Assembly (NCBI GenBank): GCA_977020255.1
Contig: CDROCS010000253.1
Span: forward strand, 1,798,001 to 1,862,000
DNA: 64,000 nucleotides
Source of the DNA: Obrimoposthia wandeli
Taxonomy: Eukaryota
Reading direction: 5' to 3'
In this document: positions 1-10,374 of the stretch, one piece after another
How positions within the stretch are numbered: position 1 is the first letter of the stretch
Layout of the letters: each line of letters opens with the position of its first letter
Program-made: the position numbers and the translations under genes
Notes under the pieces: generated by a model
Database searches by the model: none
What the model saw: the letters and a program-made list of their open reading frames with translations, nothing else
What the model was told of the DNA's origin: nothing

Positions 1-1476
1 TTCAATCACTATTGCTTGTTCGCTATCTTCTTTAACAAAGTACACCGAAATTGCTCCTAATAACATTGAAATACCTGCCAGCATAATAATATAGATGGCT
101 TGGTTATCGAACACAGCCGTTAAAATCCAACCGGCAAAAATTCCAGAAACTATCTGCGGAGCTGCAATGGTGAAATTAAATATTCCCATATAAACGCCTG
201 TTTGCTTCACGGGTAATGAGCCGGCCAAAATAGCGTAGGGCATTGCTAATATTGCTGCCCAAGCGATGCCAACCCCAATCATAGGTAAAAATAACGACAC
301 GGCTCCTTGAGGCACTGAAATTTGGGTAATACCTAAATTAACCAGCGTTAACTCAGGGTTATGTACCAACATGATACTTAAATAGCCGATACCGCCAGCA
401 AGTAAAGAAAGTGAGTAAGTTAATTTACGGCCAATTTTATTGGCTACTTTCGCCATGAAAATGGAAGCAATAGCGGCAAATAATGAATACGCAGCAAAGA
501 TTATGCCCACCCAGTCACCAGCGGTGCCTTTAGCTTTAGCAATATGCTCTGGTATGGTGCCTACTGACTCTAGATACGTTGGATCAAACCATTTTGCATC
601 AATGCCCCAGATATGCTGTGCAATAGCTGGCATGGTGTAAACCCACATAATAAAGAGTGCAAACCAAGAGAAGAACTGCACTAGCGCAAGTTGCTTCATC
701 GTGGTCGGCATAGTTTTTACTAGCGAGAAAAACTCAACTAATTTCTCGCTAAGGGATTGTGATGCTCTTTGCTCTTCTAACTCAGCTAAACCATTAGTGC
801 CTGGTTGATACTCCTTAGTACGTAGTACTGTCCATAACACCGAGCCAAGCATTACCGTTGCGCCAATATAAAAAGCCCAAATTACTGAGGGGGCAACTTG
901 ACCTGTGCTAGCAGTGTTTTCTAAGCCAATGACGTTGGTTAAAACAAACGGTAAAATTGATCCAAAAACAGCACCAATATTAATTAAAAAAGATTGAATA
1001 GAGTAACCGACGTTTCGTTGCTCAGCAGGCACCATGTCAGACACTAACGCACGAAATGGTTGGAAAGCTAAGTTAAAAGAAGCGTCCATTAACGCCAACA
1101 TCATAGCGCCAAAAAAGAGTGGCGTGATAAAACTTGCTAACGTTGCTGAGTTTGGCATTAATAACATACCAATGGCTGCTGCAATACCACCCGCTAAAAT
1201 ATAGGGATTACGACGGCCTAAGCGATTCCACGTTTTATCTGAGGCAGAGCCAACAATGGGTTGAATAATTAAGCCCATGATTGGGGCAACTAGCCAAAAG
1301 AGTGATAAAGAGTGTAAGTCAGCGCCTAAATCAGAGAGTATTCTACTGGCATTAGCGTTTTGTAAAGCAAAACCAAACTGTACGCCCAGAAAACCAAAGC
1401 TAACATTCCAAATTTGCCAAAAACTCAAGCGTGGTTTATGTTGATTTTGTTGATTTTGATTACTCGTATCACTCAT
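1..1476 (-). CDS. MFS sugar permease (maltose/sucrose-type, SLC45-like), 3' end truncated by window edge
   Basis: Not in ORF track. ATG at 1476 reads MSDTSNQNQQNQHKPRLSFWQIWNVSFGFLGVQFGFALQNANASRI; the same frame ends ...VKEDSEQAIVIE at base 1 with no stop there. Lies in a GH13/GH31/glk cluster. Confidence 0.88.
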   Translation of the reverse strand, partial: MSDTSNQNQQNQHKPRLSFWQIWNVSFGFLGVQFGFALQNANASRILSDLGADLHSLSLFWLVAPIMGLIIQPIVGSASDKTWNRLGRRNPYILAGGIAAAIGMLLMPNSATLASFITPLFFGAMMLALMDASFNLAFQPFRALVSDMVPAEQRNVGYSIQSFLINIGAVFGSILPFVLTNVIGLENTASTGQVAPSVIWAFYIGATVMLGSVLWTVLRTKEYQPGTNGLAELEEQRASQSLSEKLVEFFSLVKTMPTTMKQLALVQFFSWFALFIMWVYTMPAIAQHIWGIDAKWFDPTYLESVGTIPEHIAKAKGTAGDWVGIIFAAYSLFAAIASIFMAKVANKIGRKLTYSLSLLAGGIGYLSIMLVHNPELTLVNLGITQISVPQGAVSLFLPMIGVGIAWAAILAMPYAILAGSLPVKQTGVYMGIFNFTIAAPQIVSGIFAGWILTAVFDNQAIYIIMLAGISMLLGAISVYFVKEDSEQAIVIE

Positions 1477-1585
1477 CTCAGGGCACTCTTATTGTTAGGT
1501 GTTGTGGTGCTTGCTTTTATAAAAAGCACATTATCATTGTAGATAAATTTTAATATACGCATTTTAGCGAATAACCACTAGATGT

Positions 1586-1599
1586 TACATACGTATTCA
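1586..1599. promoter_or_regulatory. LacI-family (MalR-like) operator TACATACGTATTCA
   Basis: Copy of the recurrent palindrome with central CG, between the glk stop and the MFS start. Confidence 0.75.
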
Positions 1600-1622
1600 G
1601 AGTACTGTTTATACCATTCGCA

Positions 1623-2651
1623 CTAGTTCTGTAATACAAAAGCCGCAGCGCCAAGTAACCCTGGTTGCTCTTCTGTTATCACGTAAGTGGGTGCTTGCTC
1701 GGTAATAGCTGACAAGCGGCCTTTGGTTTCGAAGCGCACTCTAAAGTCACTTGATTTTAAGTAATCAATAAAGCGCGGCACTATGCCACCAGCGATATAA
1801 ACACCGCCTTGGCTATTCATAATTAAGGCCAGATTACCGGCGAAACTACCGAGTACACTACAAAATAATGTCAATGTTTGCTCACAAATATTACACGTTT
1901 TGTTAAGAGCTTTGGTGGTGATCTCTTTAGCGGTAAGCTTATCGATCACTGTGGTGGTTTCTTTACCTTGATTAATAAATAATAACGCCTGATAGACTTG
2001 CTCTAATCCATAACCTGATAATAGTTGTTCATATGAAACACGTTTCTTTATGCCTTGGATAAACTTCATCACTTGTTGCTCGGTGTCATTCACCGGAGCA
2101 AAATCAATATGACCACCTTCACCACTAATGCAGTGCCATTGTTTATTACCTGCGACAGTTACTGGTACTAAATTAGCAACACCTAAACCTGTGCCTGGGC
2201 CACATACCGAAATCGGTTTACCTGCAATGCTTTCGCCGCCACCTATTTTTACTTTCTGTTGCTCTGATAGAAGCGGGATGGCCATGGCTATTGCGGTATA
2301 ATCATTAATAAAGTTTAACGAATTTAGCTTTAAGGTTTTTTGAAGCTCTTTTTGGGAAAATTTCCAAGGTAAATTAGTCATGCTAATTAAGTCTTTATTT
2401 ACCGGGCAAGCAATAGCAAAACATGCATTTATGATTAAGTTATCAAGCTTTTTAGCTTCAATGTAATGTGCGATGACTTGAGCTAAGCTAGTAAACTCTT
2501 GGCATTGATAAGTTTCAATGTCACTGATATCAATAGCACTGTTATCAGTGACAGGTTTAGCTGTTGCTTGAGCTATGCGAATATTGGTACCACCAATATC
2601 AGCAATGAGGTTGATGGTGTTATTTTCGGTGATAGGTAAATTAGTATTCAT
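1623..2651 (-). CDS. glk: Glucokinase
   Basis: ADIGGTNIR, INDYTA, GPGTGLG, EGGHIDFAP, GGVYIAGGI motifs. Confidence 0.95.
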   Translation of the reverse strand: MNTNLPITENNTINLIADIGGTNIRIAQATAKPVTDNSAIDISDIETYQCQEFTSLAQVIAHYIEAKKLDNLIINACFAIACPVNKDLISMTNLPWKFSQKELQKTLKLNSLNFINDYTAIAMAIPLLSEQQKVKIGGGESIAGKPISVCGPGTGLGVANLVPVTVAGNKQWHCISGEGGHIDFAPVNDTEQQVMKFIQGIKKRVSYEQLLSGYGLEQVYQALLFINQGKETTTVIDKLTAKEITTKALNKTCNICEQTLTLFCSVLGSFAGNLALIMNSQGGVYIAGGIVPRFIDYLKSSDFRVRFETKGRLSAITEQAPTYVITEEQPGLLGAAAFVLQN

Positions 2652-2654
2652 GAC

Positions 2655-5192
2655 TTATTGTATCGTTAAGGTTATAGGCTGATGTTGCCAAGTAAAAGTG
2701 ACCGTTAAGGTGTTATTTTTATCTTGCCAAAGCGCATTTTTTATCACTTTATTGTTCAAACTAACTGTACTTGGGGCTTGGGTAATATTATGAATAACCA
2801 CAGTCATGCTGCGCTCTTTAGGCATGTTGTTATAACCATTACCACTGCGATTAAGACTGATGCTTAAATGCTCTTGCTGCTTAGCTGAAAAGTGTAGTAA
2901 TTCAAATAAGCCTTTTTCAATCGCTTGATATGTTTTGCCATCATCTTCATACATTTCATAATTAGCAGAAGAGACTGAGCTATCAGCATAATAATGTAAG
3001 GTTAATTTGCTGGCGTCATAATCTTGTGTAGATTGAATATCATCAATCATTGGAATAAACGCACCAGCGCGCACAAGTACTGGCAGAGTTGCTAAACTCG
3101 TTGGTACATTGATGGTTTGATTGCCTTGATACTTTTTAGCGGGTTTATCTTTATTGATAAAGTAATCGAACCAAACACCCGCAGGTAAGTTAACCGCGAC
3201 AGAGCTGACATTAGCTGATACCACTGGCGTTACTAAAAAAGCATCGCCCCACAGGTAACTGCTAGCGTTATCAATAAGTAATGAATTTATATCATCCTCA
3301 AAGAATAGCGGACGCATTAATGGCATACCCGTGGTACTGTTTTGATAGGCTAGGGTGTAGTTGTACGGCAGTAGTTTATAACGGAGTTTTATATATTCTC
3401 GTAAAATATCTTGGGTACGTTTATCATGAAATACCGCTTCAGGTGCTATGTTATCTTGACCGTGAGGACGATAAATTGGCTGAAAAACCCCATATTGTAA
3501 CCAACGAATATACATTTCTTGATCAAATTTATCGCCGCCAGCAAAGCCGCCTAAGTCAGAGTGAGTATAAGCCATACCTAATAAACTCATTTGTAAGCTC
3601 AACTCAACTTGCGGTTTTAGGCCTCCCCAAGAGCGACTAACATCACCGGTCCACGGGATCATGCCATAGCGCTGTGAGCCAGCAAAACCTGAACGCATTA
3701 AAATAAACGGTCGTTGATCAGGGCTCATCTTCAATTGATTCTCAAAAACCATTTTTGCCCATTGATGGCCGTAAACATTATGAATGGCATCAGCATTCAC
3801 AACACTGCCATCGCTGAGGGTATGTAATGTGTCGCTGGGGTGAACTTCAGGCTCACCTAAATCACCCCACCACCCCGTGACGCCTTGCTGATAAAGCTTT
3901 TGGTAAATATTATTAAACCATTGCTGACCTTTATCATTAAAAACATCAACTAAGCCGGTATTACCAAAATAGAAATCAAATTTTTTCGCTTTACCGTGTT
4001 CATCTTTGGCTAAAGCCTCACTCTCAACGGCATCTTGCCATTTACTTGATGTGCTCAGCACAAAAGGTTCAGTGATTAAAATAGTGTTTACACCTTGAGC
4101 TTTAATATCACTGATCATTTTTTCAGGCTCAGGGAAGGCATTTTTATCCCAAGCTAAATTACCCATATGACCTTTAATATCTTTACCAAACCAATATAAA
4201 TCTAAGATCAGGGCATCAAGAGGGAAGTCTAAATCGATAAACTTATTTACCGTGTCGCGTGCTTCTTTTTCATTACGGTAGCCAAAGCGTGAAGCATAAT
4301 TGCCTAAAGACCAACGCGGTGGTAACGGTTGTTTACCGGTAACATCAACATAGTTATTGAGCAGTTTAGGGTAAGTATCAGCAGAAAAAATAATATAAGC
4401 CATGCGACCTGCAACGGCAGAAAACTCAAGGGTATTCTTTTCTTTTTTTGCTAAATCCATATAACCTTTGGCGGAGTTATCAAATAATACTATGTATTTA
4501 TTACTCGACATTACCGCAGGTATAGAGAAGTTCATTTGCTCTGACTGCGTGGTATAGCCGTAATGCGCACGGTTATATAAAGGGAAACTATGACCGCGTC
4601 TATCCATGCCTAATACTCGTTCACCACCACCGAGCAATTTCTCGGTGTCATTTAAGTGAAAGCGAAAACCTTGAACGGCTAAGTTTTTATTGTCTTCAAC
4701 AACGATATCGCTAAAGAAGCCTTGTTGCTCAGCGATGAGTAAAGTGTTTTGTTGTTTTTCGTTTTTCTGGTACTTATTTCTTTGGTACTTGTTTTTCTGG
4801 TAGTAACTAATAGAAAAAGGCGCTTTGTTGATAACCGCACTCAGCTTGTTCAAGGTTAAGGTCAGCTGCTTTTTATCTTCTTTTATAACAAACTTGCTGG
4901 GTAGTGCTTTTTCCTTGATGGCAAAAGAGGGCAGGTGGCTAGCAGGCAATTTTTTAGCTAAATTTTGGTAGTGTGTTGCTATTGCGCCTTCCCCATAAGC
5001 ACTTAAGGTTACTGTCGCTGAATTAGTGTTGATAACAACACTATTTCCCTCTAACTTATGATTTAGGTAATTGCCATTACTTGCCAATGCTAAGGCCAAT
5101 GACGGAGTTGATACGGCTACGCAAGCTAATAAGCTTGTTAATACAACAGTTAATAAATTAGCGCTGAAGTATTTCAATGTGAATAAACGCAA
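2655..5192 (-). CDS. Exported GH31 alpha-glucosidase
   Basis: Signal peptide; ILDLYWF, WWGDLGEPE (nucleophile), WTGDV (acid/base), SDLGGF motifs. Confidence 0.9.
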   Translation of the reverse strand: MRLFTLKYFSANLLTVVLTSLLACVAVSTPSLALALASNGNYLNHKLEGNSVVINTNSATVTLSAYGEGAIATHYQNLAKKLPASHLPSFAIKEKALPSKFVIKEDKKQLTLTLNKLSAVINKAPFSISYYQKNKYQRNKYQKNEKQQNTLLIAEQQGFFSDIVVEDNKNLAVQGFRFHLNDTEKLLGGGERVLGMDRRGHSFPLYNRAHYGYTTQSEQMNFSIPAVMSSNKYIVLFDNSAKGYMDLAKKEKNTLEFSAVAGRMAYIIFSADTYPKLLNNYVDVTGKQPLPPRWSLGNYASRFGYRNEKEARDTVNKFIDLDFPLDALILDLYWFGKDIKGHMGNLAWDKNAFPEPEKMISDIKAQGVNTILITEPFVLSTSSKWQDAVESEALAKDEHGKAKKFDFYFGNTGLVDVFNDKGQQWFNNIYQKLYQQGVTGWWGDLGEPEVHPSDTLHTLSDGSVVNADAIHNVYGHQWAKMVFENQLKMSPDQRPFILMRSGFAGSQRYGMIPWTGDVSRSWGGLKPQVELSLQMSLLGMAYTHSDLGGFAGGDKFDQEMYIRWLQYGVFQPIYRPHGQDNIAPEAVFHDKRTQDILREYIKLRYKLLPYNYTLAYQNSTTGMPLMRPLFFEDDINSLLIDNASSYLWGDAFLVTPVVSANVSSVAVNLPAGVWFDYFINKDKPAKKYQGNQTINVPTSLATLPVLVRAGAFIPMIDDIQSTQDYDASKLTLHYYADSSVSSANYEMYEDDGKTYQAIEKGLFELLHFSAKQQEHLSISLNRSGNGYNNMPKERSMTVVIHNITQAPSTVSLNNKVIKNALWQDKNNTLTVTFTWQHQPITLTIQ
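4761..4803. repeat. 15-bp tandem repeat (about 3 copies) inside the GH31 gene
   Basis: gtttttctggtactt / atttctttggtactt / gtttttctggtag, encoding YQKNKYQRNKYQKN. Confidence 0.8.
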
Positions 5193-5266
5193 AATAATAC
5201 CCTTAAAGTTGAGAAGAATACGAGAGTGTTAATGATAATAACCCTAGTCTAAGGTATGCAGCATCT

Positions 5267-5351
5267 TGAATACGTATGCAAGGCTGACTTCTCATTGAAT
5301 GGCTATTCCATACGTATGCAATTTAGGGAAATTGTTATACATACGTATGCA
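5267..5351. promoter_or_regulatory. Three MalR-like operators in the divergent GH31/GH13 promoter region
   Basis: TGAATACGTATGCA 5267-5280, TCCATACGTATGCA 5307-5320, TACATACGTATGCA 5338-5351. Confidence 0.8.
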
Positions 5352-5472
5352 AAGCCTTTCAGCTAACTTTTTATTTGCGTATTCTTATTTGAAAGAATTA
5401 ATAAATGCTTGTACACCAAGTACTAATAATAACTATCGGTACTTGAACAAGTATCAGTGTTGGGGTTTTCAA

Positions 5473-7101
5473 ATGAATGAACAAATGTGGTGGCGTGGCG
5501 CGGTAATTTATCAAATTTATCCACGTAGCTTCTATGATGCTAATCAGGACGGTATTGGCGACTTGCCAGGGATCATTAGTAAGTTAGATTATATTGCTAG
5601 CTTAGGTATTGATGCTATTTGGATTTCACCTTTTTTCAAATCCCCGATGAAAGATTTTGGTTATGATATCAGCGATTATCGTGATATTGATCCTATCTTT
5701 GGCACGCTAGCTGACTTTGATGAACTTGTCCTTAAAGCCCATGCGCTTGGCATTAAGATTATGATTGACCAAGTGCTTAGTCATACCTCTGATCAGCATC
5801 AATGGTTTATTGATTCACGTGAAGATCACAGTAACGATAAAGCTGACTGGTACGTATGGAGTGATGCCAAAGAAGATGGCACGGCACCTAATAACTGGTT
5901 ATCTATATTTGGCGGAACAGGCTGGACTTGGGAGCCAAGACGTCAACAATATTACCTGCATAACTTTCTAACAAGTCAGCCAGACTTAAATTTCCATAAC
6001 CCCGATGTACGCCAAGCGGTGTTAGACAATATTGAATTTTGGCTTAAACGTGGTGTTGATGGCTTCCGTCTTGATGCGATTAACTTTTGTTATCATGACG
6101 CTCAATTGCGTGATAACCCAGCTAAGCCTAAAGAGTTAAGGCAAAGTATTGGTTTTGATGAAAAAAATCCTTACGCTTATCAATATCATTATTTTAATAA
6201 TACCCAAGATGAAAATCTCGGTTTCATGGAAAATATTCGAAGCTTGCTTGATCAGTACCCAGGCACGGTCGCTTTAGGTGAAATATCTTCAGAAGATTCA
6301 TTAAAAACCATGGCGGAATATACTCAAGGCGAACACCGTTTGCACATGGGTTACAGTTTTGATTTATTAACTGATAATTTCAGTGCTAGTTATATTAAAC
6401 AAGTAGTGCAAAGCCTTGAAGCGCGTGTTTTAGATGGTTGGCCATGTTGGTCAATTTCAAATCACGACGTAGAACGTGTTGTTTCCCGATGGGGCGGCTT
6501 TAATAGTAAAAACTTTGCTAAAATGCTCTTTGCAATGATCTCCTCATTACGCGGCAGTGTTTGTAGTTATCAAGGTGAAGAATTAGGTCTAACCGAAGCT
6601 GATATTGCCTTTGAAGATATTCAGGATCCTTATGGCATAACTTTTTGGCCACAGTTTAAAGGTCGAGACGGTTGCAGAACCCCCCATCCTTGGCAGCATG
6701 ACTCAGCTAATGCTGGCTTTAGTGATGGCAAACCGTGGTTACCGGTATCAAGCGAACACTTTTCTCAATCTGTAGATTTACAAGATGAAGCGATTGATTC
6801 AGTGCTAAATAGCTACCGTCACTTTAACCGCTGGCGCAAAGAACAACCAGCATTACGTTACGGTGATATTAACTTTATTGATACCGCTGAACCCCTATTA
6901 GCTTTTGTTCGTCAATATCAAGGTCAGCAGTTATTAGTCTGTTTTAACTTTAGTGAGCAGAGTCAAAAAGTGGCTTTATCTTCACTTACTCAGCATAGTG
7001 ATAGCATCACCGAATTATTAGGTCATAAGTTAGTCAGCGCAACAATTACTGATGGCGTATTACAACTACCACCTTTTGGCTGTTTTTATAGCAAGCTTTA
7101 A
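5473..7101 (+). CDS. GH13 alpha-glucosidase (oligo-1,6-glucosidase-like)
   Basis: WWRGAVIYQIYPRSF, DGFRLDAIN, GEIS, SNHD. The ORF-track start 5299 runs through the operators; ATG 5473 (MNEQMWW) is the likely start. Confidence 0.92.
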   Translation: MNEQMWWRGAVIYQIYPRSFYDANQDGIGDLPGIISKLDYIASLGIDAIWISPFFKSPMKDFGYDISDYRDIDPIFGTLADFDELVLKAHALGIKIMIDQVLSHTSDQHQWFIDSREDHSNDKADWYVWSDAKEDGTAPNNWLSIFGGTGWTWEPRRQQYYLHNFLTSQPDLNFHNPDVRQAVLDNIEFWLKRGVDGFRLDAINFCYHDAQLRDNPAKPKELRQSIGFDEKNPYAYQYHYFNNTQDENLGFMENIRSLLDQYPGTVALGEISSEDSLKTMAEYTQGEHRLHMGYSFDLLTDNFSASYIKQVVQSLEARVLDGWPCWSISNHDVERVVSRWGGFNSKNFAKMLFAMISSLRGSVCSYQGEELGLTEADIAFEDIQDPYGITFWPQFKGRDGCRTPHPWQHDSANAGFSDGKPWLPVSSEHFSQSVDLQDEAIDSVLNSYRHFNRWRKEQPALRYGDINFIDTAEPLLAFVRQYQGQQLLVCFNFSEQSQKVALSSLTQHSDSITELLGHKLVSATITDGVLQLPPFGCFYSKL

Positions 7102-7194
7102 TACTTTCCTTAGTAAGCAAGGTAAGCAAGTTAATTAGGTGAAGAAATCTAAATCAGTAACTGTAACTACGGTAAACCAATTAAGAGAATCGCT

Positions 7195-9021
7195 ATGAAT
7201 TTTATCAGTAAATGTTCGGTACTCGCTGCAATAAGCTTGGCATGTTTTACCTCACAGCTAAGCCAAGCAAGTGAAGCTAAACTCGCAGTAAAAGTGACGG
7301 GAAAATTAACGGCCAAGGCGGCAACGTTAGCACCTTATCAACAACGTGATTTTCAAGAAGAAGTCTTTTACTTTGTTTTACCGGACCGTTTTCACAATGG
7401 TGATACCAGTAATGATTTAGGCGCTGCAGCGAATGATAAAAAGCGTGCTGTGTCTCGCGGCGGTTTTGATAAAAACCATAAGGGCATGTATCACGGTGGC
7501 GATCTAGCAGGCCTTACGGAAAAACTACCTTACCTTGATAACATGGGCGTAAGTGCCATTTGGTTAACGCCGATACTACGTAATCGCGCTATGCAAGCGG
7601 GAACCTCAGGTTATCATGGTTATTGGATTGTAGACTTCACTGAAATTGACCCGCACCTTGGCAGTAATGCTGAGCTGAAAAATTTTATCGACCAAGCACA
7701 CCAACGTAATATCAAAGTGTTTTTTGACATTATTACTAACCATACTGCTGACGTGATTAAGTATAAAGAATGTCACGGTGAAGACGGTTTAGGTTGGATC
7801 GTTGATGTAACTAAAGGCAATGACTGCCCCTTTATTTCAATGGCGCAACTTGCTCAAGGTAATCATTACAGCCCATTGATTCCTAAAGGTGATGAAACAC
7901 TAAAATATCCAGCATGGCTTAATGATGTCGATGTTTATCACAACCAAGGTGACTCATTTTGGCGAGGCGAAAGCTCAGTGCGTGGAGACTTTGCTGGCCT
8001 TGATGACTTATATACTCAAAAAGCCAGTGTTGTTAATGGCATGATTGATATTTACCAAAAAATCATTGATGAATTTAAGCCTGATGGCTTTCGAATTGAT
8101 ACCGTTAAACATGTCAACATAGAGTTTTGGCAGCAATTCTCACCAGCTTTAATGCAACACGCTAAGACACAAGGACTTGATAACTTTTTCATGTTTGGAG
8201 AGGTTTATAGCTTTGAACCTGAGTTATTGAGTCGCTTTACCACACAAGCGAAAATCCCTTCAGTATTAGACTTTGCTTTTCAAGGCGCGATGACCAAAGC
8301 CTTGGTTGAACAGCAGGGCACTGATGTATTGGCCCAATTATTCGCTAAAGACCATTTTTATCAAACAGAACACAAATATATCGCCAACACTAATGCTAAT
8401 CAGTTAGTTAATTTTACCGGTAATCATGACATGGGCCGTTTTGCTTACGCACTTAAACAAAGTCCTCATCACTATAGCGAACAAGCGCAAATTCAACGTA
8501 ACTTGCTGGCGCATGCGATGATGTTCTTTAGTCGCGGTGTTCCAGTGATTTATTATGGTGACGAACAAGGTTTTGTTGGTGATGGTGGTGATCAAGCTTC
8601 GCGTCAAGATATGATGCCTTCTTTCGTTGCCAGTTATAATGATGATGATTTACTGGCTACAAGTAAAAGCACAGCCGACGATAATTTCGATCCTAACCAT
8701 CTTTTTTATCAAAGTTTTGCTAAGTACGCGCAGTTATATCAGCAATACCCAGCGTTACGCTTTGGTGAGCAGGCGGTGGTATATTCTCAAGACGAAGCCG
8801 GTATTTTTGCCATAACACGTCAAATGAAAGCGACGAGTAAAACCAAGAGACAAAACTTATTGGTGGTATTCAATACCGCGATTAAAGCGCAGCGTTTAAA
8901 TGTATTAGCAGATAAGCTCGGCTTTAATCAAACAGAGAGTAAATTGCTTTATCGTTCAGTCAACGCTGAAAAAACTGATGAAATAGCACCTCTGAGCTTT
9001 GCTATTTATCAATTGAAATAG
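7195..9021 (+). CDS. Secreted GH13 alpha-amylase/cyclomaltodextrinase-like enzyme
   Basis: Signal peptide; FYFVLPDRF, GYHGYW, DGFRIDTVKH, GEVY, NHDMGR. Confidence 0.9.
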   Translation: MNFISKCSVLAAISLACFTSQLSQASEAKLAVKVTGKLTAKAATLAPYQQRDFQEEVFYFVLPDRFHNGDTSNDLGAAANDKKRAVSRGGFDKNHKGMYHGGDLAGLTEKLPYLDNMGVSAIWLTPILRNRAMQAGTSGYHGYWIVDFTEIDPHLGSNAELKNFIDQAHQRNIKVFFDIITNHTADVIKYKECHGEDGLGWIVDVTKGNDCPFISMAQLAQGNHYSPLIPKGDETLKYPAWLNDVDVYHNQGDSFWRGESSVRGDFAGLDDLYTQKASVVNGMIDIYQKIIDEFKPDGFRIDTVKHVNIEFWQQFSPALMQHAKTQGLDNFFMFGEVYSFEPELLSRFTTQAKIPSVLDFAFQGAMTKALVEQQGTDVLAQLFAKDHFYQTEHKYIANTNANQLVNFTGNHDMGRFAYALKQSPHHYSEQAQIQRNLLAHAMMFFSRGVPVIYYGDEQGFVGDGGDQASRQDMMPSFVASYNDDDLLATSKSTADDNFDPNHLFYQSFAKYAQLYQQYPALRFGEQAVVYSQDEAGIFAITRQMKATSKTKRQNLLVVFNTAIKAQRLNVLADKLGFNQTESKLLYRSVNAEKTDEIAPLSFAIYQLK

Positions 9022-9045
9022 CTTGGGTATAAGATAACTAATGAC

Positions 9046-9082
9046 AAAAAGCGGCTTCAATTTATATTGATGCCGCTTTTTT
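9046..9082. terminator. Bidirectional intrinsic terminator
   Basis: aaaaagcggc...gccgcttttt hairpin between convergent amylase and folE genes. Confidence 0.8.
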
Positions 9083-9142
9083 ACTGCGAGTAAAAGTATG
9101 TATGAAGCACACTTTTATTGGCACTGAGGTTGAGTATGTTAC

Positions 9143-9694
9143 TTACGATTTGACCAGCGATAACATTTCTTGTCTCGCAGACGAATTTTTTCTCATTTGT
9201 CCTAACATTACTGATGTTGTCATTGATGAGTTTTGTTTTTCTACACCACGCATCATCATACATAAATGCTGTGCTTCAATGATTACACCTACACCAATAC
9301 AGCCGGTTATCTCTTGAATAGATAAAGCTATTTCTCTGGCTAAGTTTTCTTGAATTTGTAATCGTCTGGCGTACATATCAACAATTCGAGCGAATTTCGA
9401 TAAGCCTAGCACTTTGCCACTAGGTATATAAGCAATATGGCATTTCCCTATAAAAGGCAGCATGTGGTGCTCACACATTGAATACAACTCGATATTTTTT
9501 ACAACAACCATTTCATCTGCATCAGACTCAAATAAAGCACCATTGACTACCTCATCAATGTTTTGTTGATAACCTTGAGTTAAAAACTCCATTGCTTTTG
9601 CTGCGCGCTTAGGTGTATCTATTAAACCATCTCGGTTAATGTCTTCTCCAATAGCAGAAATGATTTCTTTGTAGTTATTTTCCATATTTTTCAT
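9143..9694 (-). CDS. folE: GTP cyclohydrolase I
   Basis: [36 protein letters not shown]. Confidence 0.95.
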   Translation of the reverse strand: MKNMENNYKEIISAIGEDINRDGLIDTPKRAAKAMEFLTQGYQQNIDEVVNGALFESDADEMVVVKNIELYSMCEHHMLPFIGKCHIAYIPSGKVLGLSKFARIVDMYARRLQIQENLAREIALSIQEITGCIGVGVIIEAQHLCMMMRGVEKQNSSMTTSVMLGQMRKNSSARQEMLSLVKS

Positions 9695-9890
9695 TTGATT
9701 ACGACCTAAGTTAATTGTTATATATTTTTAATTTGACCAAAAAATTTTATGACGATCTTTGTTATCAAAATAGACTTTAGCTTTCTTACGTAGTTATCTA
9801 TAAATAATAAACTGATTATTTTGTTTTGGTAATTAAATCATGGTTACATCTACTTGTTATTAATGCAAATATATCAGCTGTCGTTTGGTC

Positions 9891-10203
9891 TATACCCGTT
9901 CCACTTGAAGATGCTCGTTTCAGGAAACCTGAGCGAATCATAATCAAGGCACATTTTTTGTTAATGGTTATCCCCTTAGCAACAAATGTAACGACGGGTA
10001 TGTTTTGCTTAGTTTTCCCCAAAGGGCTGGTTTATAAACGCTTTATACTGCGTTATTGATTTCGACAATAACGCTACATGGATGTAGCTTATTAGAGAAT
10101 GCAGGAGATATTCTCCTGAATAACTATTCTCTTCAATCAATGCCTTGCCTAAAGGCGTTTATAATTCCAGCTGAATCCTGCATCTTCAAGTGGAGCGGGT
10201 ATA
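9891..10203. mobile_element. 313-bp non-autonomous MITE with ERIC-like termini
   Basis: 24-bp terminal inverted repeat TATACCCGTTCCACTTGAAGATGC / GCATCTTCAAGTGGAGCGGGTATA (1 mismatch), TA ends, nested internal hairpins, no transposase. Confidence 0.8.
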
Positions 10204-10263
10204 TAGCTAAGTAATTCGTCTAGTAGTAAGTCCATAAAACCACATTCACTTATCTAAGCGGTT

Positions 10264-10293
10264 CTAATTAAGACATTCTTATGTCTTAATTAG
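10264..10293. terminator. Perfect 13-bp hairpin downstream of purU
   Basis: ctaattaagacat-tctt-atgtcttaattag. Confidence 0.5.
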
Positions 10294-10374
10294 ACAAATA
10301 GCTATTTTATAAGCGTGTGGAATTCTCGTTTGAAATAGAGAGTCAACGACTAAAAATATATTGAGTGATTGGTA

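Noticed and set aside
5299-5472. N-terminal extension of the GH13 ORF
   Set aside because: It runs through two operator palindromes and has no GH13 character; ATG 5473 is the better start.
9816-10059. Two small ORFs (68 and 77 aa) over the MITE
   Set aside because: No transposase or other motifs; explained by the repeat element.
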